DNA of 35,869 nt from Batkoa obscura (lineage: Eukaryota): NCBI GenBank assembly GCA_030770535.1, contig JASVEC010000178.1, forward strand, positions 1 through 35,869, given 5' to 3'. Below are positions 33,506 through 35,869 of this stretch, piece by piece; positions within the stretch are counted from its first letter, which is position 1, and each line of letters starts with the position of its first letter. The notes under the pieces are model-generated. The model was not told where the DNA came from and did no database searches. It saw only the letters and a program-made list of their open reading frames with translations. The translations under genes and the position numbers were made by a program.

Positions 33506-33598
33506 GGGGATATATTTTTGTATTAAGGATTTTACTAACAATTTTCCGCTTAAATAGTGCTCAAAAATGGAAAAAGTAATGAGACCAAAAAAATATTT
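33506..33598 (-). mobile_element. MITE family A copy 20
   Basis: ATAT+GGGGATA... family core; right terminus decayed, ending about 30 bp before the tRNA. Confidence 0.85.
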
Positions 33599-33629
33599 AT
33601 ATATATATTATATATTACTTAACTTGCAA

Positions 33630-33702
33630 GCTTCTTTGGCGCAGCTGGCAGCGCGTGAGTCTCATAATCTCAAGGTCGTGGGTTCGATCCCCACAGGGAG
33701 CA
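33630..33702 (+). tRNA. tRNA-Met(CAT), elongator type, no intron
   Basis: Acceptor stem GCTTCTT/AGGGAGC, D stem GCGC/GCGC, anticodon arm TGAGT-CTCATAA-TCTCA with T31:T39, T loop TTCGATC. G1:C72 and T54 indicate elongator rather than initiator. Confidence 0.97.
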
Positions 33703-33714
33703 TATTATCATCTA

Positions 33715-33720
33715 TTTTTT
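33715..33720 (+). terminator. Pol III oligo-T terminator
   Basis: Run of 6 T starting 13 nt after the tRNA 3' end. Confidence 0.7.
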
Positions 33721-33936
33721 GTATTACTAATTTTTATAGTTCATCAAAGCTTACAAATCAATAAAAGAAACGTTCCTGTCTTTTCTCAAAAATCTTTTAG
33801 ACATTTACTTTATCAATTATTATCAAGTAATCCCCTTTGATATCATAACATTACCACAAGGTTAATTTTGAGAATGTGCTTAAAAGTATAAGTGATAAAT
33901 TAATTTATTTTATAAATGGCTTGATGTTCATACAGG

Positions 33937-34905
33937 TTACCTTCTGCTGTTAGACTGAAATAAGTTTAAAAAGCTATTTAAAACTTCTTTAAACTTAGCA
34001 TAGATTCGATTGTGTAAGAATAGTAAAAGGATGGGATTAATAAAAGAGAAAGAGAAAAGGGAAGCAAAATTAATGGTAGAGAGGAGAGGATCCAATTTAA
34101 AATTAGGATCTAAGTTTCTCATAATACTATGATAAATCATGACTGAGATAGCTGGGAACAAAAAGAATACATAGCATAAAACAAAAGCTATAGTTTTGGT
34201 TAATATTATTTTTTCCTCTCTTTTGTTTGTACTAACTGGTTCTATCGGTTTATACATTTTGTATCCCAGCTCTGTTTTTACTACACTATTTCCCATTGGC
34301 TTTAAAGGCACATTTAGAGCTAACTTGGTGGATTTCCTTTTATTTAACATACTAAAATAACAAAATAATATAGCCATAGTATTAACAAATAATACAATAA
34401 TCATAAAATGAAATAAAAAACTCCCAGCTAAATATTTTTTGGGATCAGTCATACATATCATTCTCGATGGGGTATATTCAAATTGATTAGTTGAAGCTGA
34501 AATAACTGTTAAAACAAATGTTATACCAATAATTGCTGTTACACCTAAAGTCAACATATACCTTGGAAGTTGAATACTATGGACTTTGAGATAGCGTTCT
34601 AGGGATACATAGGCCACGCAGCAAGAACTACCAATAGGCATAAAATTATGAAAGAAGCCAAATGCTTGACATCCAGCTACTGTTGTCATTGGGTTAAATG
34701 AGGCTATAGCTGTAAATTCTTGTACTAAACCCACGATTGGACTGAAAATATCAAAAAATAAAGTCAAAAATATAAACTTTAAGCCTAATATTGAAGTGGA
34801 ATTCCGAACTAAAGATATCAATAAAGCTGCTACCATTATATTTATTATTAGGCTTGCTACTGCCAGAATAGTGCCTATTATCTCCATTGTATCCGCGATA
34901 TTCAT
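33937..34905 (-). CDS. class A (rhodopsin-like) 7TM G-protein-coupled receptor, 322 aa
   Basis: Seven hydrophobic segments, Cys at the top of TM3 (GCQ) and in ECL2 (MICM), SLERY at the end of TM3, FP in TM6, INPILL in TM7, helix-8-like IYAKFKEVL. Confidence 0.87.
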   Translation of the reverse strand: MNIADTMEIIGTILAVASLIINIMVAALLISLVRNSTSILGLKFIFLTLFFDIFSPIVGLVQEFTAIASFNPMTTVAGCQAFGFFHNFMPIGSSCCVAYVSLERYLKVHSIQLPRYMLTLGVTAIIGITFVLTVISASTNQFEYTPSRMICMTDPKKYLAGSFLFHFMIIVLFVNTMAILFCYFSMLNKRKSTKLALNVPLKPMGNSVVKTELGYKMYKPIEPVSTNKREEKIILTKTIAFVLCYVFFLFPAISVMIYHSIMRNLDPNFKLDPLLSTINFASLFSFSFINPILLLFLHNRIYAKFKEVLNSFLNLFQSNSRR

Positions 34906-35869
34906 CTTTTTTATCGAAAAAATAGAAAACTGATGCTATGTTTAGATAAAATTGAATTTATAACTTTCGTGTTCCAACAATTAATTGATATTACTAAAAC
35001 TAGATTTTCAAACCAATAATAACTTCATTTTTTAATAAAGTGTTGGTCTCTATAAAATGTGTTACTTTTGTTTATAACATTTAAATTGTAATATATTATA
35101 TTAATTTATCTAAAGTGCAACTCTGATATTATAATTACATTGATCTTAATTCAATATTAACTTTATTTAGTACTAATAATATATAAAATTACATTTAATA
35201 AATGGTTAAACTTAATTATTTTTATAAATACTTTGTATATTTTAAGTATAAATAAAATCAAATTATTTAACTATCTTTTGATTATAAAATTAAATTCAAG
35301 ATTTAGTTTATTAAAAATTAAAGTTAAAAATTAAAAATTAAAAATGATTAATTTTCTAAATAATTCAAATATTATAAATATTACTCATAATTATACAAAT
35401 CAAAAACAACTATTTTTTGTATCAAAGCTAAAGGTAGTATTAAAACCATGAAGCAGTACAAAATATAAAGTTTTGAAAGCTATTAAATTGCAGTTTTTGT
35501 AGATTTATTTCTTTATAAAGATAACTATTAGTGTTGAGATTTAAGGATAGATTTAATGAATGTTAAGAAAAATGGGATCACTGTTATATATCACATTAAT
35601 ATTAACTAAACATTATATCTAATACTTTAAAATAAGATTGTAGCCCAACTTACTAGATTAAAACAACAGATATCCAATATTTATTAAAAGATATAGGCTA
35701 TAAACAATAGTCTTTCACTATATTTTAAGTATGATGCTAATTATTCAAATAAAAGAATTTACCATTTAAAGCCTTACATTAGCAAAGTAGAAAAACCAAC
35801 TTCTCTTTATTCAAAAAACGTATCTTAGTACAATAGAAAATCACCTTGAGTATATATTTTCCACTTTCA

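Noticed and set aside
4034..33598. MITE copies as a CRISPR array or bacterial REP/IS elements
   Set aside because: They are dispersed, in both orientations, with TIRs and TSDs and no regular spacers or cas genes; the context is eukaryotic.
33629..33702. Initiator tRNA-Met
   Set aside because: It has G1:C72 and a TTCG T loop and lacks three consecutive G:C pairs in the anticodon stem.
32648..33840. ORFs 32648-32854, 33567-33764 and 33655-33840
   Set aside because: They are translations of MITE copies or of the tRNA gene.

Overview
AT-rich eukaryotic genomic DNA. The gene content (WOPR factors, secreted tyrosinase, animal-type UGT, class-A-like GPCR, one short GT-AG intron) points to an early-diverging fungus, plausibly Entomophthorales; this is inference, not a database match. 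Intact genes: a bestrophin/UPF0187 channel (2 exons), Exo70, dynactin p150, a secreted tyrosinase, a UDP-glycosyltransferase, three clustered Gti1/Pac2 (WOPR) transcription factors, elongator tRNA-Met(CAT) and a 7TM receptor. The main discovery is a DNA-transposon system. A 3028-bp element (11366-14393) has 22-bp TIRs, an ATAT target-site duplication and a Sola2-like DDD transposase. About 20 copies of a ~98-bp MITE share its GGGG termini, its left-end sequence and AWWT target duplications. One MITE copy sits in frame inside the transposase catalytic core, one is nested in another MITE, and six cluster just upstream of the tRNA. There are also two foldback elements and several gene relics, including a tyrosinase fragment missed by the ORF track.
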